From NCBI GenBank assembly GCA_963841435.1, contig CAWJCS010000006.1, positions 544,001-608,000 on the forward strand: a DNA stretch of 64,000 nt, written 5' to 3'. The stretch comes from an uncultured delta proteobacterium (GTDB lineage: Bacteria; Myxococcota_A; Polyangia; Polyangiales; Polyangiaceae). Shown here piece by piece: positions 47,218 through 58,478 of the stretch. Below the pieces are notes generated by a model, which was not told the origin of the DNA, ran no database searches, and worked only from the letters and a program-made list of their open reading frames with translations. Within the stretch, counting starts at the first letter, position 1; every line of letters starts with the position of its first letter. Position numbers and translations under genes: made by a program.

Positions 47218-48276
47218 ATGAAGCTCGTGTCGGCCGAGACGGTGTGCGCGCTTTTGCGTGCCGGAGTGCCCGAGGCGGAGCTCGAGCGCGTGCTCGCGCT
47301 GGCGGTCGGCCAGGGCCGGCCCCTGAACAGCGTCCTTTTGGACGCGAGCAGTGAGCTTCTCGATGCCGTCGCGCGCGAGCACCTCCGCCGCGAGGTCGAC
47401 TCCGTCGAAATGGTGCGGCCGGCCGCGAGCCTCGTCGAGCTCCTGCCGGCCGGGCTCTGCGAGCGCCTCGGCGCCGTGCCGGTGCAACGCGATGCCCGGT
47501 CGGGGCGTGTCGACATAGCGGCGGTTGACCCGTTCGATCCCCACGTGGAGAGAGAGCTCGGGTTTCACCTCGAGGCTCCCGTGCGCGTGCTGCGAGCGCG
47601 GCCGGAGGCCATGGCGGCGGCGCTCGCCGGCTTCGGCCCCGCGCGCGTGCCGAGCGGGCCACCACTGCCGCTCGTTCGCAAGGCGCCTCAGGCTGTGTCG
47701 CCCGCGCCCGGGGACGACGAGCCCGTTCTCAGCCTCTCGCGTCCGAAGATCGAGCGCACCGCTTCGTCGCCGACGGCGGGCACGGTGCCGCCTCCCGTCA
47801 CCGAGCCCATGCCCTCACTGCTCGGTGACTTCGAGAACGCGACGAGCGCGGAGGAGATTGTCGCGCTCCTGTTGCGCGGTATGGCGCCTGCTCCCACGCT
47901 GGTGCTCTCCGTGCGGAGCGGTGTCTACTCGGGTCGCGCTGGGAGCCCTTCGCTCGAGGTCGACGCGGTGCGTCGTGTCCGGCTTGCCGTGGGCACGGCG
48001 AGTGTGGTCGAAACCGCCGTCCGCTCGGGTTTTTACCTCGGAGTCTTGCCGATGACGCCGGCGCACGCGCCTCTGCGCGAGCTCTTCGGCGGCGCTGCCG
48101 AGCACGAGGTTTACGTGGTCCCAGTGATGGTCTCGGGCCATGCGAGCCTCATCGTCGCGAGCGAGATCAGCCCGCTCGGCGCAAGCGTGGAGGCGACGCG
48201 ACGCGCGGACCAGCTCGCCGTCGTGAGCGCCCACGCACTCGAACGTATCGTCGTCACGAAGAAGCGCGGCCACTGA
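47218..48276 (+). CDS. Stand-alone GspE/PilB N-terminal-domain protein with Pro linker and GAF-like C-terminus, no ATPase
   Basis: LPAGLCERLGAVPV...VDIAAVDPFD...ELGFHL..PVRVL matches the T2SSE N-domain pattern. No Walker motifs. Confidence 0.7.
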   Translation: MKLVSAETVCALLRAGVPEAELERVLALAVGQGRPLNSVLLDASSELLDAVAREHLRREVDSVEMVRPAASLVELLPAGLCERLGAVPVQRDARSGRVDIAAVDPFDPHVERELGFHLEAPVRVLRARPEAMAAALAGFGPARVPSGPPLPLVRKAPQAVSPAPGDDEPVLSLSRPKIERTASSPTAGTVPPPVTEPMPSLLGDFENATSAEEIVALLLRGMAPAPTLVLSVRSGVYSGRAGSPSLEVDAVRRVRLAVGTASVVETAVRSGFYLGVLPMTPAHAPLRELFGGAAEHEVYVVPVMVSGHASLIVASEISPLGASVEATRRADQLAVVSAHALERIVVTKKRGH

Positions 48277-48321
48277 GCGTTTCGATGCCCAAGCAGCCTC
48301 GAACCCGGACCCGAGCTCACG

Positions 48322-50472
48322 ATGGGAGGTGAGCGCGATCCGCGCGAGACGTTCCGCGCGCTCGCCGCCGAGGAGCTCGGTGGTCGCGACCCTTCGACCC
48401 TGAAGGTCGAGAGCGCCGAGGGCGTGACGCTCGAACCCGTCTACCTGCCGTCCGATCTCGCCGACCTTCCGTTCGCGCCCTCGGTGCCCGGCGAGTTTCC
48501 CTTCGTGCGTGGCGTTCGCGCGACGATGTACAAGAAGCGTCCGTGGACGATCCGGCAGTATGCCGGCTTTTCGACGGCCGAGGAGACGAACGCCTTTTTT
48601 CGGCGGGCGCTCGCCGCGGGTCAGACGGGCCTCAGCGTGGCCTTCGATCTCGCGACCCACCGCGGGTACGATAGTGACCACCCGCGCGTACGCGGCGACG
48701 TCGGCAAGGCGGGCGTCGCCGTCGATTCCGCCGAGGACATGCGTCTGCTCTTCGACGGCATTCCGCTCGACGGTGTGAGCGTCTCGATGACGATGAACGG
48801 CGCGGTCTTGCCCGTGCTGGGCGCCTTCATCGTCGCGGCCGAGGAGTCCGGCGTCGCCGCCGAGAAGCTCACGGGCACGATCCAGAACGACATTCTCAAG
48901 GAGTTCCTGGTGCGGAACACCTTCATCTACCCGCCCGAGCCCTCGCTCCGCATCGTGGCGGACATCGTCGAGCATCTCGGGAGCATCGCGCCACGCTACA
49001 ACTCGCTGTCGATCTCGGGCTATCACATGCAGGAGGCGGGTGCGACCGCCGACCTCGAGCTCGGCTACACTATCGCCGACGGTCTCGAGTACGTGCGCGC
49101 GCTGCTCGCACGGGGCCTCGCGATCGACGACTTCGCGCCGAGATTCTCGTTCTTTTTCGGCATCGGGATGAGCTTCTTCGTCGAGGTGGCGAAGCTGCGC
49201 GCGGCCCGCGCCCTCTGGGCGACGTTGCTTCGCGAGCGGTACGCTCCCAAGGACCCACGCTCGTTGCGCCTGCGCATGCACACGCAAACGTCTGGCGTGA
49301 GCTTGCAGGCGAGCGACCCGCTCAACAACGTCGTTCGCACCACGCTCGAGGCGCTCGCCGGTGTCCTCGGCGGAACGCAGAGTCTGCACACGAATGCCTA
49401 CGACGAAGCGCTTGCGCTGCCGAGCGACGGCGCGGCACGGGTCGCGCTCGCGACGCAGCTCGTCCTCGCACACGAGGCCGGGCTCACCGACGTCGTCGAT
49501 CCACTGGGCGGCTCCTACTACGTCGAGCGGCTCACCGGCGAGCTCTTCGAACGCGCGCGGCTCGTGATCGACGACGTGGAAGCAGCGGGTGGCATGGCCC
49601 GCGCGATCCAGTCGGGTCTGCCCCGCCGGCGCATCGAGGCGGCTGCGGCGCGTCGCCAGGCGCGCGTCGATTCGGGGGCCGACGTGATCGTCGGGGTGAA
49701 CGCTTTCGTGCCGGAGCGCGAGGAGCGCACGCCGGTGCGGCTCATCGAGGGCAGCGAGGTCGAACGGGTGCAGGCCGAACGGCTCGCCCGCCTGCGCGCG
49801 ACGCGCGACGCGGGCGCCGTCGGGGCCGCGCTCGCCGCGCTGCGCTCGGCGGCCGAGGGTGGAGAAAATCTGCTCGCCGCGAGCGTCGTTGCCATGCGGG
49901 CCCGCGCGACCGTCGGGGAGGTGAGCGAGGCGCTTGCGGACGTGTTCGGGCGCTACGAAGCTTCACCCACGGTCGTGACGGGCGTGTACCAAAAGCACAT
50001 GGGCGACGACGCGCGCTTCGACGCCGTGCGCGAGCGTGCGCTCGCGTTTGCGGCGAGGCACGGACGCCCGCCGCGCATCCTCATCGCAAAGCTCGGTCAG
50101 GACGGCCACGATCGTGGTCAGAAGGTCGTCGCCGCCGGCCTGTCGGATCTCGGCTTCGACGTCGATCTGGGCCCTCTATTTTCGACTCCCGACGAGGTCG
50201 CGCGCCAGGCGATCGAGAACGACGTTCACGTCGTGGGTGTCTCCACGCAAGCGGGGGCGCACAAAGAGCTGCTCCCCGAGCTCGTCAGGGCCCTCGCGCG
50301 TGGGGGCGCAGGCGACGTGCGCGTGGTGTGTGGTGGCATCGTGCCGCCGGAGGACCGTGCGGCGCTCGACGGCGCGGGCGTCTCGCTCGTGTTCGGCCCA
50401 GGGTCGCGCGTCACCGATGTCGCGTCACGGATCCTCGATTGCATCGAAGGCGACGGTGGCAGAGGACGTTGA
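48322..50472 (+). CDS. scpA: Methylmalonyl-CoA mutase (B12-dependent)
   Basis: [43 protein letters not shown], and B12 motif GQDGHDRG. Confidence 0.96.
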   Translation: MGGERDPRETFRALAAEELGGRDPSTLKVESAEGVTLEPVYLPSDLADLPFAPSVPGEFPFVRGVRATMYKKRPWTIRQYAGFSTAEETNAFFRRALAAGQTGLSVAFDLATHRGYDSDHPRVRGDVGKAGVAVDSAEDMRLLFDGIPLDGVSVSMTMNGAVLPVLGAFIVAAEESGVAAEKLTGTIQNDILKEFLVRNTFIYPPEPSLRIVADIVEHLGSIAPRYNSLSISGYHMQEAGATADLELGYTIADGLEYVRALLARGLAIDDFAPRFSFFFGIGMSFFVEVAKLRAARALWATLLRERYAPKDPRSLRLRMHTQTSGVSLQASDPLNNVVRTTLEALAGVLGGTQSLHTNAYDEALALPSDGAARVALATQLVLAHEAGLTDVVDPLGGSYYVERLTGELFERARLVIDDVEAAGGMARAIQSGLPRRRIEAAAARRQARVDSGADVIVGVNAFVPEREERTPVRLIEGSEVERVQAERLARLRATRDAGAVGAALAALRSAAEGGENLLAASVVAMRARATVGEVSEALADVFGRYEASPTVVTGVYQKHMGDDARFDAVRERALAFAARHGRPPRILIAKLGQDGHDRGQKVVAAGLSDLGFDVDLGPLFSTPDEVARQAIENDVHVVGVSTQAGAHKELLPELVRALARGGAGDVRVVCGGIVPPEDRAALDGAGVSLVFGPGSRVTDVASRILDCIEGDGGRGR

Positions 50473-51424
50473 AGCGCTCGTCCGCGACGTCGTGTCCGGC
50501 GAACGCCGCGCGCTCGCCCGAGCGATCACGCTGCTCGAGAGCTCGCGACCGGAGGACCGGCGCGCGGCAGGGGCGCTTTTCGAAGGGCTGCTACCGCACG
50601 CCGGGCGGAGCGTTCGCCTCGGCGTGAGCGGCCCACCCGGTGCCGGCAAAAGCACGCTCGTCGACGCGCTCGGCACCCATGCGACGACGCGCGGCGAGCG
50701 CGTCGCCGTCCTGGCCGTCGACCCATCGAGCGCCTTGCACGGTGGCAGCCTGCTCGGCGACAAGACGCGCATGGTGGGGCTCTCACGCACGAGCTCGAGC
50801 TTCATCCGTCCGAGCCCCGCACGGAGCGCCTCGGGTGGGGTCGGCGCCCGAACGCAGGAGACCATCTCGCTCTGCGAGGCCGCCGGGTATTCGCTGATCA
50901 TCGTCGAAACGCTGGGCGTGGGGCAGGGGGAGCACGTCGTCGCCGACATGGTCGATTGTCTCGTGCTCGTGCTGGTTCCCGGTACGGGCGACGACGTGCA
51001 GGGCATGAAGCGCGGCATCCTCGATCTTTGCGACCTCGTGGCGATCAACAAGGCGGATGGGCCGGATGCGGCACGCGCCGAGCACGCGAAAAGCGAGCTC
51101 GAAGGCGCGCTCGCGCTGTTTCACCACGCCGGCGGCGCGGCGGGCCCACCGGTGCTCCTCACGAGCGCCCTCGAGCGTCGCGGCATCGATGCGCTCTGGC
51201 TCGGTGTGGTCGAGCACGTGTCGCGCGCCGAGCGCGAGGGGCAGTTCGAGCGGCGTCGTGCGCGCGGCCGCGTGGCCGCGCTCGAGCGTGAGCTCCGGGC
51301 CGAGCTCACCGAACGGTTTCTTTCGAAAAGCGGCGCTCGCGACCGGCTGGCCGAGCTCACCGAGCGGGTGCGTGCGGGCGGTCTCTCTCCGCGCCGAGCG
51401 CTCGAGGAGCTGCTCGGCGACTGA
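50456..51424 (+). CDS. meaB: MCM-associated GTPase chaperone
   Basis: [16 protein letters not shown]...[28 protein letters not shown]. Confidence 0.95.
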   Translation: MAEDVEALVRDVVSGERRALARAITLLESSRPEDRRAAGALFEGLLPHAGRSVRLGVSGPPGAGKSTLVDALGTHATTRGERVAVLAVDPSSALHGGSLLGDKTRMVGLSRTSSSFIRPSPARSASGGVGARTQETISLCEAAGYSLIIVETLGVGQGEHVVADMVDCLVLVLVPGTGDDVQGMKRGILDLCDLVAINKADGPDAARAEHAKSELEGALALFHHAGGAAGPPVLLTSALERRGIDALWLGVVEHVSRAEREGQFERRRARGRVAALERELRAELTERFLSKSGARDRLAELTERVRAGGLSPRRALEELLGD

Positions 51425-51462
51425 CTCGTTCCGCGCTGCGGTCGAGCCGCACGCGCGCCGCG

Positions 51463-51933
51463 TCAGGCGCCGCGGCGTGCAACGAGCTCGGGCGGTGCCT
51501 GAACGAGCTCGATGAGCACGCCCTCCCCGCCGTGCGGCGATTCGTCGTTGCCGCGGGGATGGATGAAGCAGACGGGGTGGCCGCTCGCACCCTTGCGGAT
51601 GCCACCGGGCGTGAAGCGCACGCCTCGCGCCGCGAGCCACGCCTGGGCGCGCGCCAGATCGTCAACCCACAGACCGAGGTGATGCAGCGGCGGTTCGTGC
51701 ACGCGTGGCCGCCGCGCGGGATCGACGGGTTGCATGAGATCGATCTCCACGCGGCCGTCCCCGACGCCGACGCTGAGCACGTCCTCGTCAACGTTCTCGG
51801 CCTCGCTCCGGTAGGTGCCCTCGGAGGTGAGACCCAAAAGATCGACCCAGAGCCGCCGCAGCGGCGCCTTGTCCGCGCCGCCGATTGCGATCTGCTGCAC
51901 GCCTAGCACGCGAAATGGACGCTCGTCACTCAC
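51463..51933 (-). CDS. VOC/glyoxalase family protein (methylmalonyl-CoA epimerase-like)
   Basis: [33 protein letters not shown]...[13 protein letters not shown] start at 51933; converges on meaB. Confidence 0.85.
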   Translation of the reverse strand: MSDERPFRVLGVQQIAIGGADKAPLRRLWVDLLGLTSEGTYRSEAENVDEDVLSVGVGDGRVEIDLMQPVDPARRPRVHEPPLHHLGLWVDDLARAQAWLAARGVRFTPGGIRKGASGHPVCFIHPRGNDESPHGGEGVLIELVQAPPELVARRGA

Positions 51934-52719
51934 GGAAAGCGACCCTGCACGCCGAGCGCGAGGTCGAGCGAGGTGTGCAGCGCGCGAATGACGCCCGTGG
52001 TGACGCCGCCCGTCAGGTAGGCGCCGAAGTTCTGCGTGGAAATCGATCTGTGGTCCCGCCGCGAGGTGGAACACGATGTCCCGGGAATACTGGGGATTGT
52101 TGGTTTGCCACTCGGGCGTGCCTCGGCCGCCCTCGGTCTCGTAGGCGACGGCCGGCTCGATGAAGATTTTGAACGCGGCGTCGCTCATCGTGTAGAGCCG
52201 CGCACCGATGCCGAACACCTTGATCGGCTCGGTGTCGGTTGCTTCCTCCGCGCTGAGGCCGAGCTTCACCCAGAAGTACGGCTCGAAGAAATCGAGCAGC
52301 GCAAAGCTCAGTCCGAGGTCCACCGCGAGCGGCGCCCCGTGCCCACAGAACTTGAGCTGGTCACCGGGACCCTTCAGCGGATCCGGCGTTGCACAATAGG
52401 GCGACGCGTCGTAGCGAAGCACCATCCGGTAGCCGCCGACGAGCCCCACGCGCACGCCGATCTGGCCCATGTGGCCGAAATCGTCGTTGCCCTCGTCGGA
52501 CGCTTCGCCTTCGTCCGAAGCTTTCTTTTTGTTCTTGTCGCTCTTGTCGCTCGCCGCCGTGTCACTGTTCGCGTCGTCGTCGTGAGAGGCGGCGGTGCCC
52601 TCGGCACCTTCGGCATCGCCCTTCGCGTCGTCCGCGCGCGCCGGTCCCGCGACACAGACGAGAGCGATGATGAGGGACGTTGTGCTCGAGAGCGCGCGCA
52701 GAAGGGAGGGCGAAGGCAT
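51930..52719 (-). CDS. Outer-membrane beta-barrel protein with one +1 frameshift near 52035-52040
   Basis: Signal peptide ending ARA|D, acidic linker, amphipathic beta strands. The shifted frame ends [33 protein letters not shown], and its TGA overlaps the VOC GTG. Confidence 0.72.
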
Positions 52720-52799
52720 CGGTGGGCCGAACGATACACCCGTTTTTGGCCGACCGGATGGGTCGCGATGGGGCCGATTTCGGCGCGGTTCTGGCAGGA

Positions 52800-53528
52800 T
52801 CAGGAGAGCCCGCGAATCACCGCGCTCACGCCGCCGAGCGCCGAGAGCAACAGCACGGCGTACCGGGTCTTGCCCCGGTCGAGCCACGCGCCGAGGTGCC
52901 GCGAGAGCCAGAACCCGAGCGCCATGCCGGGAACGAGGCCGACCGCAAGAAGAAGCTCGGGCGCGCCGAGCCGACCGATCAGCGCGAGCGCGCTCAGCGA
53001 CATGAACGCCCCAATCAAGAAATAGACGGCGAGCGTCGAGCGGACCATCGCACCCTTCTCGTCTTGGTACAGGATGGCGACAGCGGGTCCACCGAGCGCC
53101 GCCGTGGTGCCCATCAGGCCGGAAATCACGCCTGCCACGCTCAGCATCCATGGCGTGCGGGGCAGGGTGAGCTTCGACAGAGAAATGCCCACGGCGAGCA
53201 GCACGAGTAGTCCGAGGCTGACCGTGAGCGAGCGAGCGCTGAGGGCGCCGAGCGACAGCGCGCCGAGCGCCGTCCCGGGCACGCGCCCGAGCAAGATCCA
53301 CCCAACCCCGCGGATGTCGATCGAATCGCGCTCGCGCAGCGCCGTGAGCGCCAAGAGTAGCGTCACGGCTACGATCAGCGGGCCGGGCACGAGGCGCGGC
53401 TCGACCCACTCGAGCAGGGGCGCCGTGAGCAAGGCGAGTCCGAAGCCGATGCTGGCCTGAACGGCCGAGCCAAGCGCGATGACGAGGACGACGAGGCCGA
53501 GCGCCAGAGGAGACGAGAAGCCGAGCAC
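52800..53528 (-). CDS. TauE/SafE (TSUP) family transporter
   Basis: [32 protein letters not shown]; about 8 TM segments. Confidence 0.9.
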   Translation of the reverse strand: MLGFSSPLALGLVVLVIALGSAVQASIGFGLALLTAPLLEWVEPRLVPGPLIVAVTLLLALTALRERDSIDIRGVGWILLGRVPGTALGALSLGALSARSLTVSLGLLVLLAVGISLSKLTLPRTPWMLSVAGVISGLMGTTAALGGPAVAILYQDEKGAMVRSTLAVYFLIGAFMSLSALALIGRLGAPELLLAVGLVPGMALGFWLSRHLGAWLDRGKTRYAVLLLSALGGVSAVIRGLS

Positions 53529-53559
53529 GGCACTCCGCGTACCATGGAGCCCGGTCTCG

Positions 53560-54173
53560 TCACAGCGCGAGACAGTGCCGATCGAGGAAGCTGGCGATGG
53601 CGGTGGTGACGGCTTTTTGGACGGCGGCGAGCGTCGAGCCGCGAGCCGCGAGCTCGCGCTTTCGTGGTTCGAGCGAGTGGTCGCCGTCTTCGACGACGAA
53701 GAGCTCGTTCGGCGCCCGCATCCGCTCGCGGACGCCGGCCAGGCGGTCGAGCGGGCACAGTGGGTCGCGCGTGCCCTGCACGAAGAGGATGGGCGTCGAA
53801 AGCTCGAGCAGCACGCCCTCGCGTTCGGGTCCCCGTCCACTGAGCGGATAGCCGAGGCAAACCAGGGCCTGCGGGCCGTCGGCCGCCTCGACCGCAACGT
53901 GGCACCCGATGCGGCTGCCCATGCTCTTTCCCACGAGAGCGAAGGGTAGCCCTGGATGCCGCGAGCGCGCCTCGGCGAGGGCTTCGGCGTGGGCCATCAC
54001 GAGGACCTCGCGACGATCGGGCGCGCGGCGCTTTGCCCGCTGGTACGGGTAGTCGAACGCTTCGACGCTGCCGAGCGGCGCGAGCCGCGTCGCGAGCGCG
54101 CGCATCCACGACGAGCTCGAGGGCGCCCCCGCGCCGGGTGCGAGCAGGATGAGAACGTTCCGGGAGCGGCCAC
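53560..54173 (-). CDS. Alpha/beta hydrolase; start uncertain, possible -1 indel near 54160
   Basis: LAPGAGA, FDYPY, GKSMG nucleophile elbow, LGYP, QGTRD, GDH. Confidence 0.85.
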
Positions 54174-54181
54174 GCCGCGCC

Positions 54182-55966
54182 TCAGCGCCGCGGTTGTTGG
54201 GCGGGGGGTGGTGCGCTCTTCGCGCTGCCCGCAGCCGTCCAGTCGCGCTCCGCGCCGATCGCGAGCAACGTGAGCTCGACGGCCTTGCCGCCCACGGAAG
54301 CGCTGATGGTACCCGTGCCGTTCCACTCGGGCGGTGCAGGCAGAGCCAGCGACGGCTGCGCCTGTAGCGCCCGGATCGCCTCCGGATCGGCGCGCAGCGC
54401 CAGGATGCCGGCACCGGCGAGCAGCGCGACGGCGCCCGCGGGGATATGCGCCGCGATCACCGCACGCACCGAGCCGGCGAGCTCGGGGGCACGCCGCACG
54501 ATCCAGCGCACGTCGTCGAGCGAATCGAGCACGAGGGCGCTCGGCTGGTCGGGCGCTGCGCGTCGCGACGATAGCGGCAGCGTGCGCGCGCCCTGCCAGC
54601 CATGGACCGGCGCGGCCTCGAGCGCCGGCCCTTTCGCGCCGTCGCCGTCCTTCCCCTTGCCCTTCACTTTGCGCACGATCAGAACGTCGTCGGTCGGGAG
54701 CGTGCGCGGAACCGTGACGCGCACCGGGCGCTTGAAGGAGCGAGGGTCGCCCACGGTGCCCGTGGCGACTGCATAGGCGAGCGTCTCGGCGGACGCGATG
54801 AGTGCCGGGGTCGGAGGCTGGTCGGGCTCGGGGTCGAAGGTGCGCATCGAGACGCCGCCGCTCGGGGGCGGGTAGAGCTCGCCGGTGAGGATGCGGGGGT
54901 CGGCTTCCAGCAGGCGCGCACCGGTGGCGATGAGGTCGACGAGCGCGCCCGATTGCGCCAGCACCTCGAGCGCCTGGCGCGACGAGGGCGCGACCAAGAA
55001 GTCGAGCCTCGGCGGGACGCGCTTGCTCTTCAAGAGAGCTGCCGCCGCGAGCAGATCGCGCAGCGACGCACCCGAGTCACCACCGAGGATGACCTGCGAA
55101 ACGGGGTTGCCGGCGAGCTCCCGCACTTGCCTGACGACGCCCGCCTCGTCGAGGATGAGCGGATCGACCGCCGAGAGGTCGACGCTGATGGCGTCCTCGC
55201 AGGGCGCGCCGGGGTCGGGCAAAAGGCCGCGGTGCGCCTTGGATCGGCGCTGATCGCGGAGATAGACCTCCGTCTTCTCGTCGCTCACGAACACCGCGGC
55301 GGCGGCACCGAGCTGCGGCGCCATGGCGGCGAGCACCGCGCGTTCCGCGACGGAAAGGAGCCGCGCGCTCGGTCCGGCGAACTCGATCACGACGGGCGCC
55401 CCGTGCTCCGCGTCGACGCGATGCACGGACTCGCGCAGCCCCCGGCGCAACAACTCGAGCCCCACGTCGCGGACGCAAACGAACGGGCGCACACGACCCG
55501 AGAGCAACACCTGGATGCTGCGCGGCCGGCGAACCCACACGGCGCCCGTCACGAGCGCCTCGGCGAGCTGGGCTGGCGGGGCGACGAGCGCGAGCATGCC
55601 GGCGCCGCCCACGGCCGCGAGGCGCGGCTCGTCCGTCACCGCGAGGCGCGCGGGGCTGCCGAAACGCTCGAGGTGAACCGCGGCCGGGAATCCGATGCCG
55701 GGTCGGGCGAGCAGGAGCCCGAGGCCGAGCGCGTCCCGGTAGGCGCGCTGCGCGCCCGGGCTCGTCACGTCTCCGGCCCGCGTGATGCATCGCGTGTCGT
55801 AGGCAACCGCGACCTCGACCGAGAATTTCTTGGCGCCCGAGAGCAACGCCTCGGAAAGCGACCGCTCGGGCTCGCGCGACAGCACGACCTGATCGATCTT
55901 CACCCGGACGAGATCACTCGACGGGGTTACCTCCTCCGCCCGGCCGGCGAGGATCTTCTGTGTCAT
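54182..55966 (-). CDS. Aconitase-family homologue lacking Fe-S ligands and catalytic residues
   Basis: Collinear with single-chain aconitases: TQKIL, RVKIDQ, RPG.G...VHLERFG.P, DV.LELLRR, LSV.ER, SDE.T..YL..Q, VDLS..PLI, SRQ, GAR.LE, S.RTF, DPR. Confidence 0.85.
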   Translation of the reverse strand: MTQKILAGRAEEVTPSSDLVRVKIDQVVLSREPERSLSEALLSGAKKFSVEVAVAYDTRCITRAGDVTSPGAQRAYRDALGLGLLLARPGIGFPAAVHLERFGSPARLAVTDEPRLAAVGGAGMLALVAPPAQLAEALVTGAVWVRRPRSIQVLLSGRVRPFVCVRDVGLELLRRGLRESVHRVDAEHGAPVVIEFAGPSARLLSVAERAVLAAMAPQLGAAAAVFVSDEKTEVYLRDQRRSKAHRGLLPDPGAPCEDAISVDLSAVDPLILDEAGVVRQVRELAGNPVSQVILGGDSGASLRDLLAAAALLKSKRVPPRLDFLVAPSSRQALEVLAQSGALVDLIATGARLLEADPRILTGELYPPPSGGVSMRTFDPEPDQPPTPALIASAETLAYAVATGTVGDPRSFKRPVRVTVPRTLPTDDVLIVRKVKGKGKDGDGAKGPALEAAPVHGWQGARTLPLSSRRAAPDQPSALVLDSLDDVRWIVRRAPELAGSVRAVIAAHIPAGAVALLAGAGILALRADPEAIRALQAQPSLALPAPPEWNGTGTISASVGGKAVELTLLAIGAERDWTAAGSAKSAPPPAQQPRR

Positions 55967-56248
55967 TGTGCGGGGTGGGTCCCCGGCGCGCGCGCGCATC
56001 GGCTACGCTTCCTCGAAGCTATTTCCGCCCGGGGAAAGCGGGCGGGAGCGGGAAGGTACCTGCTCGGGTAGAGGAGGGTCAAGGACCCCCGGTCGGCCCC
56101 CAAGGACAGGCCATCGCTCAGCCGTCGCGCGGCCGCAAGCCCGACTCGCTCGGCGGAAGTCCCTGAACGGATCGGCCCGTCTGGCCGGTCCGGCGCAAGA
56201 TTCGACTGGAATTCACCCCGTAGTGAAAACCGAGTAACCTTCCGCCCC

Positions 56249-56611
56249 ATGTTCAAAGAGGCCCTCCAGGGCGTCGTCGAAGGCACGGACGGGGGCATTG
56301 CCGGCCTGCTCATGGACTTCGAGGGCATCCCCGTCGAAAGCTTCACACGGCCAGGCGCTACCGTCGACATCGAAACGGTGGGTGCCGAGGTGAGCGTCGT
56401 GGTCAAGTCCATCCAGCGCGCCAGCGAGATGCTCGAGGCGGGCGAGACGCGGGAGGTCGCATTTCGCAGCGATCGCATGACGACCTTGATCCGGGTCATC
56501 AACAAGGGGTACTTCGTGGCCGTGGCGCTGGAGCCCGATGGCAACCTCGGAAAAGGTCGCTACCTGCTCCGCGTTCTCGCGCCCAAGCTTGCCGAGGAGC
56601 TCGCGACCTAG
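56249..56611 (+). CDS. mglC: Roadblock/LC7 protein, MglC-like
   Basis: 120 aa, MDFEGI (FDGI-like) and GNLGKGRYLLR. Lies directly upstream of accB-accC. Confidence 0.78.
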   Translation: MFKEALQGVVEGTDGGIAGLLMDFEGIPVESFTRPGATVDIETVGAEVSVVVKSIQRASEMLEAGETREVAFRSDRMTTLIRVINKGYFVAVALEPDGNLGKGRYLLRVLAPKLAEELAT

Positions 56612-56659
56612 CGGGATTCGGCGGGTACCCGCGCCGACGGCGCTCCCACTCGTTACACC

Positions 56660-57097
<438 letters not shown>

Positions 57098-57107
57098 GCG
57101 GGCCAGG

Positions 57108-58466
57108 GTGTTCAAGAAAGTCCTGATCGCGAACCGCGGCGAGATCGCCATCAGGGTGATCCGCGCTTGCCGCGAGCTCGGCATCGCCACCGTGGCCGTG
57201 CACTCGGAGGCGGATGCGGGGGCGCTGCACGTCCGCTTCGCCGACGAAGCCGTGTGCATCGGCCCGCCCCCGTCGTCGCAGAGCTACCTCAACATCCCCG
57301 CGCTCATCAGCGCCGCCGAGATCACGGCGGCCGATGCGATCCACCCTGGCTACGGGTTCTTGTCCGAAAGCGTCGAATTCGCGCGCATCGTCGAGGGCTG
57401 CAGCCTCGGTTTCATCGGGCCCCGCTCGGACGTCATGGCGCTCTGGGGCGACAAGCTGCGTGCGCGTGAAACGGCGCGTCGCTTCGGGCTGCCCCTGCTC
57501 ACGGGCAGCGAAGCCTTGCGCGACCCCATGCACGCCGAACAGGAGGCGGCCCGCGTCGGCTTTCCGGTGATGATCAAGGCTCGCGGCGGCGGCGGCGGGC
57601 GCGGCATGCGCATCGTGCGCGGAGTCGACGAGGTGCGGCGCGCCTTCGAATCCGCCACGGCCGAGTCGATGAACGCATTCAAGAACCCCGAGCTCTACCT
57701 CGAGCGCTTCATCGAGCGCCCGAGGCACATCGAGTTCCAGGCGCTCGCCGACCACCACGGGCAGGTCTGGACGCTCGGCGAGCGTGAATGCTCGCTGCAG
57801 CGCAGGAACCAGAAGCTCGTCGAGGAGGCCCCGAGCCCCAACATGAGCGACGAGCTCCGGGCCGAGATGGCGGACCTCATCCGACACGCCGTGTCCGAGA
57901 CCGGCTACACCTCGCTCGGTACGCTCGAGTTCTTGATGGACGACGACGGCAAGCTCTACTTCATGGAGATGAACACACGCGTCCAGGTCGAGCACCCCGT
58001 CACGGAGATGACCACGGGTGTCGACCTCGTCGTCGAGCAGATCCGCGCCGCTGCCGGCGAAAAGCTCGACCTTCCCGACACGCGCCCGTGGCGCTTTCGC
58101 GGGCACGCCATCGAATGTCGCGTGCTCGCCGAGGACCCGGTCACCTTCGCGCCCTGGCCCGGCAAGATCACCGAGTACCACCCCCCGGGCGGCATCGGCG
58201 TGCGCGTCGATTCAGGCATTTTCGGTGGCTGGACGGTGCCCTCGAACTACGATTCCCTGCTCGCCAAGGTTATCACCCACGCGCCCACGCGCGACCTCGC
58301 GCTTTCGCGCATGCGGCGCGCCCTCGACGAATTCATCATCGGCGGCATCCGGACGAACCTCGATCTCCACAAGCGACTGCTCGACTTGCCAGAAGTGCGC
58401 GAGGGCCGCATGACGACGCGCACCGTCGAGAACATGATGGCCGCTGCGAAGCGCGCCTCGGTCTAG
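57108..58466 (+). CDS. accC: Biotin carboxylase
   Basis: FKKVLIANRGEIA, HPGYGFLSE, GGGGRGMR, RECSLQRRNQK, EMNTRVQVEHPVTE, YDSLLAK. Confidence 0.97.
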   Translation: MFKKVLIANRGEIAIRVIRACRELGIATVAVHSEADAGALHVRFADEAVCIGPPPSSQSYLNIPALISAAEITAADAIHPGYGFLSESVEFARIVEGCSLGFIGPRSDVMALWGDKLRARETARRFGLPLLTGSEALRDPMHAEQEAARVGFPVMIKARGGGGGRGMRIVRGVDEVRRAFESATAESMNAFKNPELYLERFIERPRHIEFQALADHHGQVWTLGERECSLQRRNQKLVEEAPSPNMSDELRAEMADLIRHAVSETGYTSLGTLEFLMDDDGKLYFMEMNTRVQVEHPVTEMTTGVDLVVEQIRAAAGEKLDLPDTRPWRFRGHAIECRVLAEDPVTFAPWPGKITEYHPPGGIGVRVDSGIFGGWTVPSNYDSLLAKVITHAPTRDLALSRMRRALDEFIIGGIRTNLDLHKRLLDLPEVREGRMTTRTVENMMAAAKRASV

Positions 58467-58478
58467 GAACCGCGTGCG

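Noticed and set aside
51463-53409. 648-aa secreted-protein/glyoxalase fusion
   Set aside because: Better explained by a +1 indel joining two genes, plus an alternative-frame extension over the TSUP gene.
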